64,000 nucleotides of DNA, taken from Candidatus Bathyarchaeota archaeon (GTDB lineage Archaea > Thermoproteota > Bathyarchaeia > Bathyarchaeales > Bathycorpusculaceae). The translations under genes and the position numbers were made by a program. The notes beneath the pieces were generated by a model, which was not told the origin of the DNA, did not search any database, and saw nothing but the letters and a program-made list of their open reading frames with translations. Shown here piece after piece: positions 61,387 to 64,000 of this stretch. Location: positions 32,001 to 96,000 of the forward strand of contig CAWABA010000001.1 in NCBI GenBank assembly GCA_963780185.1. Direction: 5' to 3'. Each line of letters begins with the position of its first letter. Position 1 is the stretch's first letter.

Positions 61387-61568
61387 CCATATTTGTGTTG
61401 GGTTTTGTGATTGTAAAATAATAGACCCCCTCCCTCGGTCGGTGGCTTCTGCTTGGGGCTTGTTTTGGGTTGATTTTTTGGTTTGGGGCTTGATTTTGTT
61501 GTGGGTTTAGGTTGGGTTGGGCTGGGATGGGTGGGTTTTCTGTTTGGGGTTTTGTAATATTACAAAAC
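61387..61568 (-). repeat. Dispersed non-coding element, copy 3 (inverted)
   Basis: Perfect 20-bp palindrome GTTTTGTAATATTACAAAAC at 61549-61568; reverse-complemented G-box GACCCCCTCCCTCGG at 61424-61438. Confidence 0.9.
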
Positions 61569-61629
61569 TTGTTCAAATAACGCTTAGCCAAGGCAAAAAA
61601 CTAAAATTAAAGGAAAAAGCGGGGAAAGT

Positions 61630-62751
61630 TTACTGTTTCTTGAAGTAATTTGGATCTTCCCGCAGAACTTTCGGAATGTAGTTGCAGGCTGGGTCAGACT
61701 CGAACAGGTCACCTGTATAGTATTCGGCTCTTGTTCTGCATCCGCCGCAGATTTCCCGGTACTCGCAGATTCCGCATCTGCCTTTGAGGTTGCTTTTGTC
61801 GCGCAGCTTTAGGTGCAGTTCGCTCTTCTGCAGTTCTTCCCATGCAGTGCGAAGTTTCTTGTCTTTGACGTTGCCGATACGGTAGCCTTCGTGGAAGCCG
61901 CAGCTTCGGTAGTCGCCGTTTTCGGTTATGCCAATGTAGTTGCCGCCGATGGTGCATTTGCCAAGGTAGCCTTCGTTGTACCATTGCCAGAAGTCAACTG
62001 GGTTTTTTTGGCGTACGATGCGGGCGTAGAAGGGCGCGTAGACGTTGACTTTTACTTTACCGTAGAGTTTGCGTTGGATATCATAGATTTCATTGAATGC
62101 TACTTCGTATTGGTCTGGTGTTGGAGCTATTTCCTCCATGTGTTCGCCTGCTCTGCCGACTGGAACCAAGTTATGGTAGACAAGCATGCGGGCTTTGTAT
62201 TTTTCAGCCAACATAGCGGGATGAGCCATCTTGTCAATGTTAAACTTAGTCATAGTTGTGACTAAGCAGTCTAGGAGGCCAACGCTGCTAAGTTTCTCCA
62301 TGGCATGTATGGCTTGGTCGTAGCCGCCCTTGCGCCTAATTTTGTCGTTTGACTCTTTATCGCCGTCAATGCTGATTGCTGTGTGAACTTGATATTTACG
62401 CAATAGGTCAAAACGTTTCTCGTCCCATGCATAGCCGCTTGTGATCAAGCTGACTTTCATATCATGCTTTTTCTCTGCGTATTCAATAACTTCCCATACG
62501 TCAGGCCGAATCAAAGGTTCTCCGCCGCTGATTCCTAGCCATTGTGAACCGAACTCGGCCATTTCATCAACCATGTGTTTGGCTTGCTCGGTGTTTAGTT
62601 CTTGATCTTTAGCATATTCTTTGATGTAACTGCAATATGTGCAACTGCCTACACAGTTACGGGTACACCGCCAAACAACCATGAATAATGGGGCTGTGAT
62701 TGGATTCATTGAATTGCTCATTGAATTCCCAGTGTCAAGGTAAATTCGCAT
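61630..62751 (-). CDS. Radical SAM/SPASM protein, paralogue of 42993..44090
   Basis: CVGSCTYC, GGEPL, GRCGICEYREICGGCRTRA..DPAC. Confidence 0.9.
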   Translation of the reverse strand: MRIYLDTGNSMSNSMNPITAPLFMVVWRCTRNCVGSCTYCSYIKEYAKDQELNTEQAKHMVDEMAEFGSQWLGISGGEPLIRPDVWEVIEYAEKKHDMKVSLITSGYAWDEKRFDLLRKYQVHTAISIDGDKESNDKIRRKGGYDQAIHAMEKLSSVGLLDCLVTTMTKFNIDKMAHPAMLAEKYKARMLVYHNLVPVGRAGEHMEEIAPTPDQYEVAFNEIYDIQRKLYGKVKVNVYAPFYARIVRQKNPVDFWQWYNEGYLGKCTIGGNYIGITENGDYRSCGFHEGYRIGNVKDKKLRTAWEELQKSELHLKLRDKSNLKGRCGICEYREICGGCRTRAEYYTGDLFESDPACNYIPKVLREDPNYFKKQ

Positions 62752-62833
62752 ATGCGATATAAAACTTGCTCCTAGAAGGCAAAGTTTGTTTTGAATTAAA
62801 AGATTGCAGAAAGCGATTTTAGTCGAGCTTAAT

Positions 62834-63337
62834 TTAAGCTTTATTTTCCCTTATCGAGTTAGAGTCGTTCTTTATGATGATTTTTTCTTGCTGGGTATGA
62901 TGGGCTTTTCTAATTTGAAGAAGTCCTTCAACGGTAAAAACGGATAAGGCGAACACTGTTATGAGAATTATCACCAGAAAGAAAACTTTGAATTCGTAAG
63001 TTTCAACTGGGTAATGCACAACTAAAATTACTGCTTCAACGGCGAGAATGGCTAGAAAAACGATTGAGTAACGCCACAGTTTAGGCATTAAACGGCTGCC
63101 AACCCAGACATATCCTGAAACCCTTGCCTTATTCTTAGTTATGTATTCTCCGTACGCGTTTTTTTGCAGGTAGCCCAGGTCTTCAAGTTTCTGTAGGTGT
63201 CTATATGCCACGCTTGGGCTGCTGAGGTTTGCGGCTTTCATAACTTCCCTGGGCCCGACGGGTTTGCCTATCTTTAAAACGTGCAAGTACACGTCTAAAG
63301 TTATGCCTTCCAACTCTTCATTGTCTGTCTTACCCAT
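62834..63337 (-). CDS. Membrane-tethered winged-helix regulator (HTH + 2 TM)
   Basis: GPREVMKAANLSSPSVAYRHLQKL followed by two TMs. Confidence 0.8.
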   Translation of the reverse strand: MGKTDNEELEGITLDVYLHVLKIGKPVGPREVMKAANLSSPSVAYRHLQKLEDLGYLQKNAYGEYITKNKARVSGYVWVGSRLMPKLWRYSIVFLAILAVEAVILVVHYPVETYEFKVFFLVIILITVFALSVFTVEGLLQIRKAHHTQQEKIIIKNDSNSIRENKA

Positions 63338-63609
63338 GGCTTAGTCTCTAGGTAGAAGGATAAGTAAAAGCTTATCCGTATTAGGTTTGTTCAAGCGCAG
63401 GCAAATCTTTCCGATGCTTTTTCTTAGAATTCATTTTCAAAAGGATGCGCAAACGTTGAAACAATTTTCCAAACAGAAACTCTGTATTTTCTTTTAAAGA
63501 AGCATATCTTCCGTAAAGATTGCGATGCTTTCATCACATGTTGAGAAAGTCTTATTAAACCAACCAGCGCTAAATTGAACTCAGAAATCAAAAGGAGAAC
63601 AAGTGAATA

Positions 63610-64000
63610 ATGTCTAAACCTAAAGAATATTCATGGATGACTAAAGATAAACTAATGACATACACCTTTTTTGCGTTGCTCATACTCACCATCATAACAG
63701 CTGCTCTTTGGTCACAGGAAAAAACCCCTTCAGGCTGGAACCTCGGAGTTACATTGGCAATCAACGCTGTAATCGCTGTCGGCCTCGCGGTTGGACTGGA
63801 TGCGTTTCTGAATAAGATTACCGCCGACAGCCCACTCAACCTGCTGTCTGCCGCTGTTTTCGGCTTAATCGTCACCGATTGCTATGTGCTCGGTGTCCCC
63901 ACTCATGACCACACCTGGTTTTGATCTGTTCCCTCTGGAGGCACCTCAATGTTTCGTCTTTGTCGCTGCAATGTCTCATGATAGGCTTGGTCGTTTTCAA
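63610..64000 (+). CDS. Membrane protein, possibly RnfD/NqrB-like, probably frameshifted and running off the window
   Basis: Hydrophobic helices; SAAVFGLI resembles the RnfD SA.VTGLL motif (weak). Confidence 0.35.

Noticed and set aside
770-63875. Numerous antisense and overlapping ORFs of 60-220 aa in the ORF track
   Set aside because: They are shadows of well-supported genes and carry no recognisable motifs.

Overview
Archaeal genomic window, most consistent with Bathyarchaeia (inferred from the GPN GTPase, MtrH, a PEF-CTERM protein, many TTG starts and cohesin/dockerin/PQQ-repeat surface proteins). All calls come from reading motifs; no searches were run. Layout: (1) 0.2-7.4 kb, six secreted proteins with cohesin, dockerin, PKD and Ig-like modules, whose promoters resemble the adjacent pstB promoter; (2) 8-15 kb, phoU, pstB, GPN GTPase, RidA, bacterial-type metK and a CinA-like gene; (3) 15-20.5 kb, surface proteins with an ECF S-component and a TiaS-N-like gene; (4) 21-26.6 kb, acetate module (SatP, acs, ACD/GNAT fusion); (5) 26.7-63 kb, a cobalamin/radical-SAM-rich region with 3 B12-binding rSAMs, 2 SPASM rSAMs, 1 HemN-like rSAM, MtrH plus a corrinoid protein, CbiZ, two ATP-dependent amide ligases, GT-C glycosyltransferases and beta-propeller surface proteins, interrupted by an AT-rich island with HEPN-like ORFs. 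The strongest unexplained signal is a ~180-bp non-coding element present three times beside radical SAM genes. In every copy an 18-bp palindrome lies exactly 129 bp from a conserved G-rich box although the middle has diverged. Many single-base frameshifts look like long-read consensus errors. No rRNA, tRNA, CRISPR array, integrase or transposase was recognised.
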